The notes beneath the pieces are model-generated. The model was not told the origin of the DNA, made no database searches, and saw only the letters and a program-made list of their open reading frames with translations. A program made the position numbers and the translations under genes. DNA of 64,000 bases, taken from the NCBI GenBank assembly GCA_964016885.1, contig OZ024742.1:114700001-114764000 (forward strand), read 5' to 3'. The stretch comes from Eledone cirrhosa. Taxonomy: Eukaryota. Of the stretch, positions 1-14,200 are shown one piece after another. How positions within the stretch are numbered: the stretch's first letter is position 1; each line of letters starts with the position of its first letter.

Positions 1-428
1 GCACCACATTAGAGAACATTAGTCTACGACCTCTTTTATACCATAAACGTGGTTTTGTCTTTGCGCGTAATTGTTTTTCGCCGCTCCTATTAATGACGTA
101 TTATTCGTGTTTTCCCGTTCTTTGCCAGCGAACGTTACCACGAACCAAAGTATCGTCTTCCTGTCTTCCTCCGGTTGCAACGTTTTTTGAAATATCCACT
201 TCTGCGTTTACAGATTGACTTTGTTAGTCTCAGAAGATCCCGTTAAGTGTGAAATCAGGGATTCTTTGCTTAAACTATACTCTGTTATTTTAATAAATAT
301 TTGCTCTACGGTTCTTACATATTTGATATATATTTTCCTTATCGAGCCCTCTTTGGATTTTAGTCTTCAATTTTATTATTATTACTATTTGCTCCTTCGG
401 TTGAGCACTCTACTGACTTATATTCATC

Positions 429-2557
429 ATGCATAAACAACATCTGAATATTTCTACAAAGAACATACCCGTACCAAGCAGGAAAACATACCTAAAACTC
501 CTGATACAGAAAACAGACGCGTTCATTAAAAGGTTGCGTTGGCGTGCCTTTTATTTTGATAATCCGCGAAAAGCAGACAACAAACAGGATAAATTTGGAT
601 CTAAAACTTATAATAACCCTCCGTGAAACCCAGCATTGATACCCTTCGAAAATGATGTCCTGGAACTCATTCGGAATATCAAATTTCGGAATAGGAGCAA
701 TTCCTTCCAGCAAGACCTGAAGAATAGAATTCGTTCTATTAAGGATTCTAACGCCGTGCACGTCCATTCCGACAAAACTGGCAACCTATATCAAGTAGAG
801 CGCAGTACTTACCATCAACTACTACATAATGCTGTAACTAAGGATTACCGTAATCAAATCGGTGCGTCATCAATGAAATCAACGATGCTGGGTTTAAAAT
901 CACATCTGATCTCAACATCCTGGACCGGACCGAACCTCTGGACCCTATCTCTCCCCACTTTACCCTGAAGGATCACAAATCCAATTTTCCGAACAACCCC
1001 TCTATTCGGCTTATTAACCCTACGAAGTCCGATTTAGGTAGACTTAGTAAAACGATTCTTGATAGAATTATACCTGAAATTAGAAGTTTGGCCCCTCTCG
1101 CACTGTGGAACAATTCTTTCGCGGTGATTGATTGTTTCAACGGCATATGTAACAAGGAACATTGCCGTTTTATCCAATTCGACATCAACAATTACTACTC
1201 CTCCATCACTTTACCACTTCTCCTTAGAGCTATCAATTTCGGTAAAACACTCACAGTGGTTAAGAATTTTGAAGTTGATGTCATCCTTAATGCCCGAAAG
1301 TCGGTGATTAATTTCGACGACTCTATTTGGATTAAACAATCCAATAGTACCCCATTCGACGTGAGTACGGGCGCCAGTGACTCTGCGGAGGTTACTGATC
1401 TTATTGGCCTTTTCCTTCTTTTCTCTATCAAGGACGAATTCCCAAACGCGGGCGGTGGTTTGTACCGTGACGATGGTCTTTGACCATGACTAAGTGCGGA
1501 CCTCGTGCTTGCGACAGGTTCAGAAAAGAACTCACAGCATTCTTTAAAGGCTTCAACCTCTCTATACAGGTTGAGGCCAATCTCTCGGTCGTTAATTACC
1601 TCGACGTTACCCTCAATTTATTGAATGGGTTGTATTACCCGTATAGAAAGCCGAATGATACGCTTAATTACATAAGTAAGCATTCCAACCATCCTGCCAG
1701 CATAACCAAGAACCTGGTAAGAAACGTTTCGTTGAGGCTTTCCCGTCTTTCCACCCACGAGCGCATTTTCAACGACCATTCCACTTATTACAATGAAGCG
1801 CTTGCTCGAAGTGGATTTGTCGATAAGGTAGCATATACAGAGTACGAAAATAGACCTAGAAGAAATAGATCCCGTCGCATTTGTTGGTTTAACCCACCAT
1901 ATAATATGGAGGTGGCCACACCATTAGCTAAGATCTTTATTTCCCTTATTACGAAGCATTTTCCCCCTACACATAAATATAGTAAAATTTTTAATAGAAA
2001 TACTATTAAAATGTCTTACTCTACGACTCCTAACCTTGCACATAACATCGCAGCTTCAAATTTAGCTAAACTACCTAGCCGTAGGAACACGTGTAACCCT
2101 GTAGTTAGTACTAACTGTAATTGTAGGAATCGGTCTGATTGCCCCCTATCCGGGAAATGCCTCTCTAGTAACATTGTCTACAAATGTAAGGTTGTAACAC
2201 CCACGTCCCGTAGGGCCTACATAGGGTTAACCGCCAATAGTTTCAAGCAGCGTGTTTACATGCATGCCCATTCTTTTCGTTACCCTTTAAGAAGGAATAT
2301 GATGTCAATTTCAGCTTATATCTGGAGTCTAGAAAAACCATCACACCCAATATAAGTTACACTGGGAGATCCTAGCTAGGGCTAGATCGTATAACGGAAA
2401 TAAAAGACCATGTGACCTCTGCGCCGCTGAGGCCCTGGAAATACTCTACGCTACAGACCACATCTTAATCAAAAAATCTGAGGCAATTTCGGCTTGTAAA
2501 CATAAATTGCACAAAACTTTCCTGTATTACAGCCCGACGTTATACCCTAACGGATAG
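429..2557 (+). mobile_element. Penelope-like element 1 (Naiad-type), near full-length RT + GIY-YIG ORF with stops/frameshifts
   Basis: N-terminus STKNIPVP...FIKRLRWRA; RT motifs IQFDINNYY, GASDSAEVTDLIG, LYRDDGL, NYLDVTL; linker CNCRNRSDCPLSGKC; GIY-YIG IVYKC...AYIG; C-terminal CDLC...CKH ending TAG 2555-2557. Confidence 0.95.
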
Positions 2558-2882
2558 CACGATCTATACGTGGATATTTTACGTCTTGATGTGGGAGCTA
2601 AGTATATGTTTTGTTTATTCCTTTACTTATTTGCATAGGTAAGTATATATTACCGTATGTTTTGTGAAGGTATGTATACCTTCTCGTACGTATATTTGAC
2701 TGTTATAACGTATAATTTTCACATATTCTGGTATTTAGGGTTTGGCTATGTGTATACGGGAGTTTTGCGTCCGCGTGAGTGTGCAGGTTCGTACGTATGG
2801 TGGGTGTGTGTATATGTGTACTTCTTGTTTTAGTTGACTTACGTAAAAAAACCGTAGTGGAAGTAAAGAGCAGAGAAGGTGT

Positions 2883-5015
2883 TCAAGGTGGTTTAGTTGT
2901 CGTAGGAATGTCAATCCAGTTATAGATAAGATGTGATTTCAGATGAGGACAACATCTGAAGGTCTCGGTATTTGAGTTCAGGTAAGCAGAAGTGGCTTTC
3001 AAGTTTAGCAAAATCCTATATTTTTCCGTGGTACACAAAGAACTATTATTTGCGCCCCTTTGGTACTCCCTCGACTGGTGTAAAATAGACCAATCGATGG
3101 AGTACGGGATATTTTTTTCCTTGAATTTCCGCACCTTACTTGCGAGGACCGTTGCTGTTCGTTTATCGGAGTGCTTAAAAGAAGCGACATGTGTATAAAA
3201 CCTGGTTTCAAACCTGTCCTGGGTCATGCCAACATATCGATCATTCCTGGCTGGCTGGTTGTTGATTAAAGGTGCCACCTTGGCCTCATAAACAACGGAT
3301 TTGGTGTTACATTTGCCCTGTAATGGGCATTCATCCGGCTTCCTGAAATTGCATCCTGGATTTGTTCTCGTACGATTTGAATTAGTGATCTTAGACTTCA
3401 TTGATGGACAACAAAAGTAACTGATCTTAACTACATTTCTATTAAATATCTTATAATATCTATTATTAGGAGGTAAATGTTTATCTAAGAGGTCAGGGAA
3501 TTTCCTTCCTACATTAGTTTTGACAGTTAGAGAGAAGGGGGTGTAAACCAAATAATTTTCCTTTTCCTATTATTGTGGTTAGGCTAGGGGTGTGTGTGGG
3601 GGGGTAAATAATACACTTGTTCTGTAAAACCGATGTTATTAAAGGCTTTATTATAATAAGGGGCGGCTTTATTAAAAATATCTAGAGACGAAGATAAGGT
3701 AGAAATCCTACGGCTAATGTTGGGAATAGGAGTTTTAAAATCTATAGGGGGATGGCAAGACTCTTTGTGTATATATTTAAGATTTTCATTAGGTTTATGA
3801 TAAGGCTTAAAAGAGGCGGTAAGTAGATCAAGATTAATGTCAAGAAAGTTAGCATTGGTAAGGTCGTACGTATAGTAATTTTAAGGTTAATATTAGCAAA
3901 AGTATTGATTAAATCTTTACGGAATTTATCAAGGTTATCGCCGTTGTTGTTATGAGAAACTGCCAATCCGTCATCACGGTATAAACCGATATTATGGGAA
4001 GGACATTTCTCTTTGAGGGTGTGGAGAAGGAATAATCCTACTAAGTCACACACATCCGCACTGTCATATGAGCCCATTGCACCATCAAAAGAGTTTTCAG
4101 GGTTTGACTTTTTAACCCAAATACTTTCATTAGTAAAGAGTAAAGTTTTTCTAGCAAAAAAGATAATGTCTTCTTCTAATTCAGAAATATTAATGAAGGG
4201 TCTTGCAAACTCTAAGGCATTAGTTAATAAGGAAACAGTAACAGAGGGGTTAAAATCAACAATATCAAATTGGGTAAATCTACACTTATTTTTACGTTGT
4301 ATATTATTAAACCAAGAAATGACAGAGGAAGTATTTAACCATTGTGATAGGTCAGTCTTAGTTCTAATTTGGAGAATTATTTTTCTTAAGATGTTTTTAC
4401 TTGCAAGGCCAACTTCGGATTTAGCCGGGTTAATCAGTCTACAACTAGGTCGATTAGTAAAATCTAATGTATTGTCTTTAAGGGTAATATATGCTTTACG
4501 CTCAGCTAGGCTTTCAATCCGGTTGTCTATTTTTAAAGAACCAGCTACTTCTTTAGCTTCTTTATTAATAGTATTGTAGGTATTATTATTAGTTAATTGA
4601 TATTTTTTGGTGATACTATTAGTTAAAAGTTGGTTATACAAAATATAATTAACTTCAAAGAGATTTTTAGTTTTATCGGAAAGAACAAATGTGTTTGTAG
4701 AACTTTTAAAATTAGAAATATCGTTAGACAGTTTAGTTTGAAAGTTATTATTGTACTTACGAAATCTGATATCACTAATTAAATTAACAAGGTCTAATTC
4801 GAAGTTGGCCATGTCTTTAATTCTAAGAGGATATTTACGGGATTTTATGTCAAAACATCATTAGTATCAGCACTGAATAGTCCATCGTAAACCATTGCCT
4901 TCCATCTCATTCTTTTAACGAATTGTTCGATTTTATCTATAAGCATTTTGGTATAAGTTGTGTTGGAAGGAGTAGGTATATTTTTGATTGAATAATCCAA
5001 TTCATAAAGGTCCAT
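2883..5015 (-). mobile_element. Penelope-like element 2 (Naiad-type), full-length disrupted ORF, convergent with element 1
   Basis: ATG at 5015 gives MDLYELDYSIKNIPTP...FVKRMRWKA; QFDIVDF, MGSYDSADVCDLVG, LYRDDGL; CPLQGKC; VVYEA...YVG endonuclease. Confidence 0.95.
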
Positions 5016-5104
5016 TGTGTATGTTGGTTAAATTCCTGAAAACTGTAGAGTGCTCAACTAATCGGGCTGGATATATATATATATATATAAATAAATATAT
5101 ATAG

Positions 5105-5400
<296 letters not shown>

Positions 5401-5937
5401 TAGTTAAATAAGATAACAAGGACGATTGGTTACTCCTTTATTACGTTTATTCTTTGGTGACGGGCGTTTCGCCACTGACCTGCTCAAGGTTCGATCTGTA
5501 TCGATCTGACCTGACTCTGTAACACGCGGCTCGTCAGATCCCTGTAATGTCAATGGAAGAATGAATACATGCTGTATGATAAAGTCAGAAGTTCGAGTTG
5601 TGTTCAGTAAAGTTTGTTTTGATTGGTGAATTAGTTCATAGGGATGTTTTGCCTGTAGTGTATGTAGGGACGTGGGTGGTGAACACTTTATGGTGTCGAT
5701 CGCAGGTTGAAGTGGGCGGTGGTGTAGGGGTGCTGGCTGTCGGTAGACAGTTTCGCATGTAGATGTGGCTGATTGCTGTGTGCGTTCTGGGTGTGGTGTT
5801 GTTTGTGATAAAGATGAAAGATTATAGTGTTTATGGTGGTGTGAGGATTGTGTTCGTGGTTTCATTTCCATAAGGATATACACACATAAACACACTAAGT
5901 CTGACAAATACGTAGTATAGATACGCATGTGTGTGTA

Positions 5938-6111
<174 letters not shown>

Positions 6112-6616
6112 AGTGGGGATGGCGTTCGTACAGATATGTCTACACACAAACAGACACCCATGCGTTGTTTCAGGAGGGATGATATATGTTGGTGATGTTG
6201 ATGTTTGCGTAAGTATGGCGATGTTTCTGGTGGTGGTGGTTACGAGATGATATTATCAGGGACGAATTTTACGATGTATTTCAGGTTAAAGCGTGACATA
6301 GGAAACACGGGGTACTGGACTGAGGGCTGGTGGACGTATGGTGATGTGTTTGGTGGTGGGATTGTGGGAATGATTTGTTCGACATCATATTTACAGGATC
6401 CGATTTTACGATGGGTTACAAGTTAATACCTGACAGAGAAGATACATAGAACACAATAGTATCGAGATGAGTGACGTATGGCGATGTGTTTGATGGTGCT
6501 ATGTCTGAAGGGTGCGGCACGATATTTACAAGATCTGATCTTACCATGTGTTACATGTTATAGAAGACAAATGTATTGAGATAAGGGTCGGTGTGGAAAA
6601 GCGAAGTTGGTTATCC

Positions 6617-7615
6617 CTATGTTAGGTTAGGGTTAGTGTTTGGCCCTCGGCCGAATGTTTGTGCAGAGAAGGTGGTCATTCTGGTGTGTCTGCAGTTTAT
6701 AATAATGCCAGACCCTGAGTTCAAGGACGATTTCAATTTAATGATCTCACCCGCCTCGCGTAGGCATAATCTGCAGTGGTTTTTCTCGTTGGGGAGATGG
6801 ACCACACGTCGCTTAACTGACCACATGATCTGGTATTCCAAGTTCTTGTCTTGAGGTACCAGATCAAGTCCGCCATCTTTGTTTGGGATAGTTTGGGCCT
6901 GTATTTGAAGGAGCTTTTCTGGTTATACCAGCGTTCCTTAAACGTAGTCGATGTCGCGCCTATGTAGGAGTACTCTTTCTGGCACGCTATTACATCTCGC
7001 CGGTAACTAATGTTTTTAACGAGGCACTCCCCGTTTAGTGAGCATTCCACCCGCTTTTTGCAGTTGCAGTTGGGGTGTTATGGGTTTGTTGCTACGTTGT
7101 CGGCTGTACGTATTCTGTGTGGAGCTGGCATGTAGGTTGCTGTGTTGTGTTGTATGTGTTGTTTCGTTTTGGGTTGGGCTAGGGGTTGGTTGTGGTGCTA
7201 TCATGTGTTTGCGTATTTTTGTCCTATTTGCGTGTGCTATCGTGTCGCTTAGATTTGGTGTTGTGGAGAAGGAGAATTTGACAGTGTCTATTAAAGAGCT
7301 TGTGGTATTTATATGTAGGTGGGAAGGATTGGTCAAGAGCTATCAAGAAGATTCCCGGTATATTGCTGGCAACGTGTATGGAGTACGGAACGTAGTACCA
7401 GGTCACGTGTCTGCTTCGGGCTTTACGGTGTTTAGTGTGGTTGTTGTGGTTTGGTGGTTGCGTAGGTGTGTTTTGGTCAGGTGTGTTTATAATGGGGGTT
7501 CCTGCTATTCTAATGTGGTTAAGTTTCGGGTCTCCATTACTAAGTCGTCGTGTGCGATATCCAGAGTCCTTACTGGAGTTGGAGATTATAGCTTTATCTC
7601 CTTGGCTGTTGTGCT
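6617..7615 (-). mobile_element. Penelope-like element 3, 5'-truncated (RT end, linker, GIY-YIG); 3' tail probably extends towards ~5400
   Basis: VTWYYVPYS, FSTTPNL, CNCKKRVECSLNGEC, YSYIGATSTTFKERWY, CRLC...CRH. Confidence 0.9.
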
Positions 7616-8397
7616 TAATATATATATATATATGTATATATATAAACATATATGGAGATAAATAGTTACATTGATAGGTAGAATTGATATATTGGTAGTA
7701 ACCTGAAGAGAGAAACGTGTATATATATAGGCATACTGTTATACAAACAAGGAGAAAAGTGCAACAAGGCCATGTACGTTATGAACTTAAATTTCCAAAA
7801 AGCTCACTGTGATGTTATGACTTCCCTTGTGTTATTTTTTGTTTGTTAACGCATGAGTTTATCTCCTTTCAAATCGTTGAGTATGACATTTCAAAGTTCG
7901 TAAATACAGTATAAATGTTTTTTTGTTAAAACTGGTTGGTTTCGTAATAATATAAACAGTTGGTTGTTTGCTGATGCATTGTACATCTTAAAATGGTAGC
8001 AGAGATAATATACAAAATGACATATGAATTATTTAGTACATCTGAATAAATTTATCATAATTCAATTTATGTTCATGAAACTCTCTTTTCTCTTCTGTTC
8101 ACTCTCCCTCTCTGTTTTTCTCTCTGAATCGTTATCATTCTCTCCTTTATTGGTGCTCAAGATCACGTGCCACCTGACATATTTATATATATATATATAT
8201 ATAACTATCAATTTATAAATGGTTTTATTTTTGTTTAAGTATCAATGGTATTTAGCATTAAGCCTAAACGGCCTTAAACCATCTAACGTTTCAAACTACA
8301 TTGGCATTTGGAGTTCCTTTGGAAAATTAACACATATTGAAAGTCCATCTACCTATAGGATCTACAATAGCAATAATATAAATACCTTACTTGTGAT

Positions 8398-8603
8398 GGT
8401 GCAGGCGCGTGGCCTAGTTGTAAGGGTTTTGGACTTACAATCGTAATGTCGTGGGCTCTATTCCTGGATTGCGTGATGTGTTCTCGTAATCCTGCCATGG
8501 ACTATCCGTCCTGTGTAAGGGGAGTCCTCGACACGCAGTCGCTTCACACCAAGCACCGGGATAAGCACTGGCCAAATCAGCCTTCTGGCTGAAGACAGAC
8601 CTT
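8398..8603 (+). mobile_element. tRNA-derived SINE, degenerate
   Basis: A-box-like tggcctagttg and B-box-like ggctctattcc; head resembles 33732-33817. Confidence 0.65.
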
Positions 8604-9059
8604 AGACGTAGACTTGTGTTGAACCCAAATTAGATGTTCGTATTCTATATACATGCATACTCACTCTGGTATAGCACTACCTATTGCTTATTGGTTGTAT
8701 ACGTGTGAAAATGAACTATAAGAAAACAACAGACATTTACATATAGAGTGTACGACTAACCGTCTCGGAGTGAAATTGTCTATGAGCTTGTTCAGTTTAC
8801 GTATTTACGTATTGAAAGTAATAATTTATATTTGACGCATTATAGGGTCTACTCAAAAATGTCTATGCAAAAAAAAAACAATCTCAAAGATCCTGGGCAG
8901 GAAATGAGCGTACAAATACATCTGAAATATCTAACTATATTTTGCATTAAATTTACGTCGAAAGAAATAACGAAGTTAGAGAAATCATTTAGTTTTAATT
9001 ACGATTTCTTTCACTATCAATTGACGATTTCACTAAATGGTTCTCTCTTCTAATCTACT

Positions 9060-10110
9060 TCGCCCTGAGAGTGTCGTGGAGGCAGAGATCTCAAACACTT
9101 CTCCCAGTGGGTCACGTACAGCTGATCCAGGTGATCCAGCTGGATCCCAAAGCATAAGCAGCCAAGCTCAGGGACGTTATCCAACCATCTTGCTCGGGGT
9201 ATAAAACTGGGTCTGCTGTCGGTTGATCTTGCCCATAAAATATGTCCAGTGATTTTTTCCTGAGACATTTTAAACACATGTTCATAGTATCGGAGCTGTG
9301 TTCTCCAAATTTGGAGAAGTAGCGGCTGTACCTGTAATAACTCACTGATATCTGAGCTACGCACTTTATCGAGTAACATTACTCCAAAGACTTTGTATTC
9401 GCGATCGTTTTTTTTTCGGTCATTAGCCAAGATCCATGACCATAGTTAAGGGTTGGCCCGAACACAGAATTGAAGATAGCGAGCTTCGCTTTTACGACTA
9501 ACACCATTTCTCGTATTACTGAATACTAAAGCTGAAGCATTACTGCATGAACTCATGTTATGCTTGCACTTAATTCACCCTCTGCATTCCATCATTCGTG
9601 AACACAGCCACAAGATAATTGAAATACTCTACCTGCTTCAGTGGAACTCTATTCACATGTAGAGTGCAGACGCAGGCTTCCTTGGGAGGATGAGTGTTTT
9701 CACATTTCACAGCACTGATTTTCATTCCAGACATGCAGCATTCGGCATCAAACCTACCAAGTGCAAGTCGAAGATCATCTCCTATCGAGTTATGTCGATA
9801 GAAGATGATCTTCGACTTATTCCAGTTGGCTTATTTTACACCCGGCAGTAATGTTAGCACCTCCAATCCGGTTGCGCTTGTCAAACCTGTTCATGTAAAT
9901 AATGTACAGAAGAGGTGATATTACGTTCCTTTGCTGGTGTCCACATTGCATGGTTTAGATTAATAACCATTTATCCGATCACAAATACTCGGGGATTATT
10001 ATAGAGACATCAGCTCGGAAAGAAGTTGATCATCAATCTCATACTCCTGCACAACCTACCAAATCAGATCCCAAGAAACGCGGACATATGCCCTTTGAAG
10101 GTCGACATGG
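9060..10110 (-). mobile_element. RTE-clade LINE fragment (RT and C-terminus), decayed
   Basis: VDLQRAYVRV (xDxxKAFD-like), ISPLLYIIYM, LLDKVRSSDISELLQV...QLRYYEHV, RPSFIPRARWLD. Confidence 0.85.
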
Positions 10111-11009
10111 CGATAATATATTTATTTTGATAATTTAACCTCGTATTTTTAAATCATAAATATAAGTTGTCCTAAAACAATGCAAAAAATATATAATGTT
10201 AAGAATATATATAATCATATGTATATTATGTAGGAAATAGTAAATGAATAAAAAGAAACCGTGTGAATAGATATTTAGTAATTATATAGAAAACTTTTCA
10301 ATTTAAAAGAAAATGTACTAAGTGGCTAAACATTAAAAGCAATTATGAAAAAACATGGCAAAATCTATATGAACATAAGAAAATATATAACACATGAGAA
10401 AGGTTTGTGTATGCAAATGAAAAATGTATTAATCTGTACATAAATAAATCGATGCATAAATAAATTATTATGCAAATGCATGAATAGATAAATACTGGTG
10501 GAAGAAACATAATACCATGCCTGTGCATCATATATATCAATTAAAAAAATTAATTTGTGTATATATGTATCGGAGTACCGGTGACATTAAGTATGAACGT
10601 TGGGATTTGGCGGAGACAATTTGCGTTTAGAATATGTAATATAGCCTGCTGACCATGTTAAATATTTGGAGCAGATGATGACACAGATTAAATATGCTTT
10701 CATGATCCCTTAAATCCTCGGGGATTTGACGGGTCAAACTATCGACTTTCGGAGTTTCTTGGGATTGTTTGTAAAATTGTTGAATCCAATCTTCGCTAGT
10801 CACAATAGAGGAGACTTTTTCCAATGAAATATAGAGAATGTATGAATGGAAATATATATGCGTGTGTGTGCGTGTGTATGCGTCTGTGTGTGTGTGTGTG
10901 TGTGTGAGCGCGTGTGTGTGTGTGTGTATCATGTTTAATATGGAAATGGCCTCTACATGACTATAACTGTTTCACTCAAAAGAAATCATATATATGTATA
11001 TATATATAC

Positions 11010-11182
11010 AATGATATTAAATAAATGGAAACTCTATTTATAAAACCATATTTATTGTATTATATATATTTCAAGGGAACCAAGATAACATTGATAGGCT
11101 TTCATCAGATAAAATACAAAGTTTGTTTTATGAATAGAGACGTACCCATGAAAATCATACCTTATCGGTTGGAAATTCTCTG
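11010..11182 (-). mobile_element. Short PLE-terminus-like repeat with type I hammerhead motif
   Basis: minus strand CTGATGA (11108-11102) aag...ctt GAAA tatat ATA; homologous to 31480-31620 and 32000-32095. Confidence 0.7.
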
Positions 11183-11238
11183 GATATATATATATATATA
11201 TATATAAATATATTATTATTATTATTATTATTATTATT

Positions 11239-14200
11239 GAATGCCATGGTTGACGGAGGCTCGGCTCCGTTAGGTATTGCAAATTTTGACCGCTATAACA
11301 ATTGTAAATTGTTTAAAACTTTAACCAAATTGTAGACAAACACACCCTCCTCCTCATGAGAGGGGTCATTCTGCCCGTTATTTGGCCCTTCGGGGTTAAA
11401 TAACCGCTTATTGGGGTTTTGTGCCCAATATTTATTTTAAACAAAAAAAAACATGGCCACGAAAAACAATTTTCATAGGTCACTCCCACTCATTCCGTCT
11501 TCTTCTTCCTCAATCGTCACTACAGCAGAGAGAAGATTATCTCTCTCCCTCCCTTCTCTAAATGTGTCTCTCTCCCTCCCTTCTCTTTCGCAAGCGACGC
11601 CAGAAAAGAAAAATCACGTGAAAACCATGGAACATTTCTCCACGACGACGACAATGACGAAAAATGTGTGCGGTAAATACGAAAACCCATTTCATTCCTC
11701 TGACGTCAGGAATTATAGCAGTAACAGCCGTAATAACAGCAGCAGCAGCATCAGTGACAAGGAAAACAACAGTAGCAGCCGAAATAGCATCAGCAGCAGC
11801 ATAAACAACAACAGCATTAGCAGCAACAGCAACAACAACAGCAGTAGCAGCAACAACAACAAAAACAACCACAGCAACAGCGGAGGCGGCATAGTCGTAG
11901 TACCTGTAGCAACAACAATAGTAACAGCAGCTCTGACGACAACAACAACAACAACAACAGCAAAGAAAAACCCATCTCGTTTGCAGGTGTCGCAAATAAC
12001 CTGGAAACCATCCTCATAACAAATGAGGAATTACAGGAAGCGCAGAAGATGTTGACGAAAACAGGACACCGAGTAATCTGCAAGGCAGCCGAAACATTTT
12101 TCGAAACCCAACAGCACTGTACGGTCACGTACCGTACAGCAAGCACAAAATCCCGTAGGGTTGAAAGAGCCACAGAGGCTCAAATACAAAAAGCCTGAGG
12201 GTCTGTGTGGCAGCGGAAAACGCATATCACCCGAGGCAAGAAATATGCCACCGTAGACGTACTTTTTGCCACACCCCAGGAGGCAAAGGCTCAATCCTTA
12301 GTGACCCTAATGAGCGAGGAAATGGTGTAGGTGCCCTCCTACTGCGGGCAAAAAATTGTGAGGGTCAAACTGACCCACGTCCCCTCCGGGATGGCCCCTT
12401 CTTGGCTGGCCGCGTCTGTCCTCGTCGGAATCGAGGACAAAACAACTGTACTGCAAGTACAGAAAAAAGTAAGAGAAGATTGGGTCGGCACCTCCATTGA
12501 GATGTTAATCCAAACCAACCAGGAGTGCATCGAAGCTATCCCGGATGTGATAGACTTCGATAACGGCACTCAACAGCCCATAAGTGTTGAGGGCAAACGC
12601 CCGAAATGCTTTCGTTGACTCACCTCAGGGACTTCTCCAACGAGAAGACCCTGAGAAATGAGAAAACTCCCTCCTTCCGAAACCGTCTCCACGGCTACCA
12701 GCAACAGGATAAGCAGCAACCAGGAACGATAGGTCCGTGGCACCCATACCCACGCCACGGAAATCAAGAACAGCAACAGCAGTGGAAGTATTAACAACAA
12801 TAACAGTAATACCAAATGCAGCTGCAACAGAGACTCCACTGCAAACATCACCAACAACAACAAGTGAAAGAGTGGAGCTGGTAATCCTCCGCGACTTCAC
12901 AGAATCAGGCATGGAGTACGAGGTGGGAGAGGGATGGCAAAAGGACGTAAGAAGGCACAAACGCAGGAGCAGCGCATCGTCGCCTTCGAAAAGGGAGGAA
13001 AGAAATGAAAAAAAGGGTAAAGGCTACTGGAAAGGGAATCACAGCAGCAACACCACCAACACCATCACCACCCACACTAGCACCACCATCACCACCGGCG
13101 ACTACCCCACCGCCAACAACAGCAACACCTTCAACACCTCCACCACAAGCACCAACATCGCAAACACAACAACAAAACACACACACCCAGCAACAATGAC
13201 AAGAAAATAGCAGAACCACATCCCACCTCCAGAAAAACAAATGCACGGCAAAAAATACACAAAACAAGAAACTAATGACATAGATAATTGAACACACAGA
13301 CATTTCACAGCACGACTAGATAATACCAGCACCAATCAAAACGGCAACGAGCATAAGACTGCTAAACATAGCACAGAAACAATACACAAACACTAAAACG
13401 AAATTCCCCAACGCAGTTGGTGATTTCAGAGACCTAGGAGGGACTCTCAACCGGAGAGTATATTCGGACATACACATAGAAGAGCCGATGACCAGCCGAA
13501 GGGACGATTCAACGGTCCCTTCCCCAGACGTTCAAGAGAAAAGGGATGGAGAAACAATTCTTCCTCTACGAAAAGTACGGTAAGTGGTCTTTCCCATCTT
13601 TTCCACTCTATTTTAAACATGACTCACTCAGAATAGGCAGCATAAATGCGCGTGGTTTGGGGTCGTCATGGAAGCAGGGTCACCTGCTCAACGACATCAG
13701 GTCACTAAACATAGATGTTGTGGCCATGAGCGAGACCAGAATCTCCGAAGCACGGGCCTTCGCACCGATCTTCGGCGGCTAGGATGTGTACGCATACATA
13801 GCGTCTGTCATCTGCTACCGCCTGGCCGTCGTACCCTGTCCTAAGCCCCTCCTGACTGCGCTGGAGCGTTTGCTCTTTCGCTTTTTGTGGAAGGGACGCG
13901 CACCGATGGTCAGGCGGTCCATCAGCTGTCAACACCCGCTACATGGAGGGCTGGGCATGCCGTGGCTGATGATGCGCAGCCACGCGCTCAGGCTACGACA
14001 TCTCCACCTCTTCCTCGACAGTGATCAGGTGTGGTCGCCGTTTGCTAGACACCTATTCCCCAGCTCGTTTCCTTGACGGAGCTGCAGTCCTGGGTCAAGC
14101 GAAGACCGAGAGGAAGCGCCTGGAGACTGGAATGTCTTCAGGCGCTCACAGCCCTCGACTACTCGAGCAATGTGATTGGTGGAAACTCCACCTCGGCGTT

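Noticed and set aside
225-280. Hammerhead-like motif upstream of element 1 (cagaaga...gaaa); similar at 26005
   Set aside because: Core mutated and stems not convincing; plausible remnants only
624-626. In-frame TGA in element 1 as selenocysteine (some Naiads are reported to encode selenoproteins)
   Set aside because: It aligns with Arg in element 2 rather than a conserved Cys, so CGA>TGA decay is simpler; conserved Cys positions use TGT/TGC
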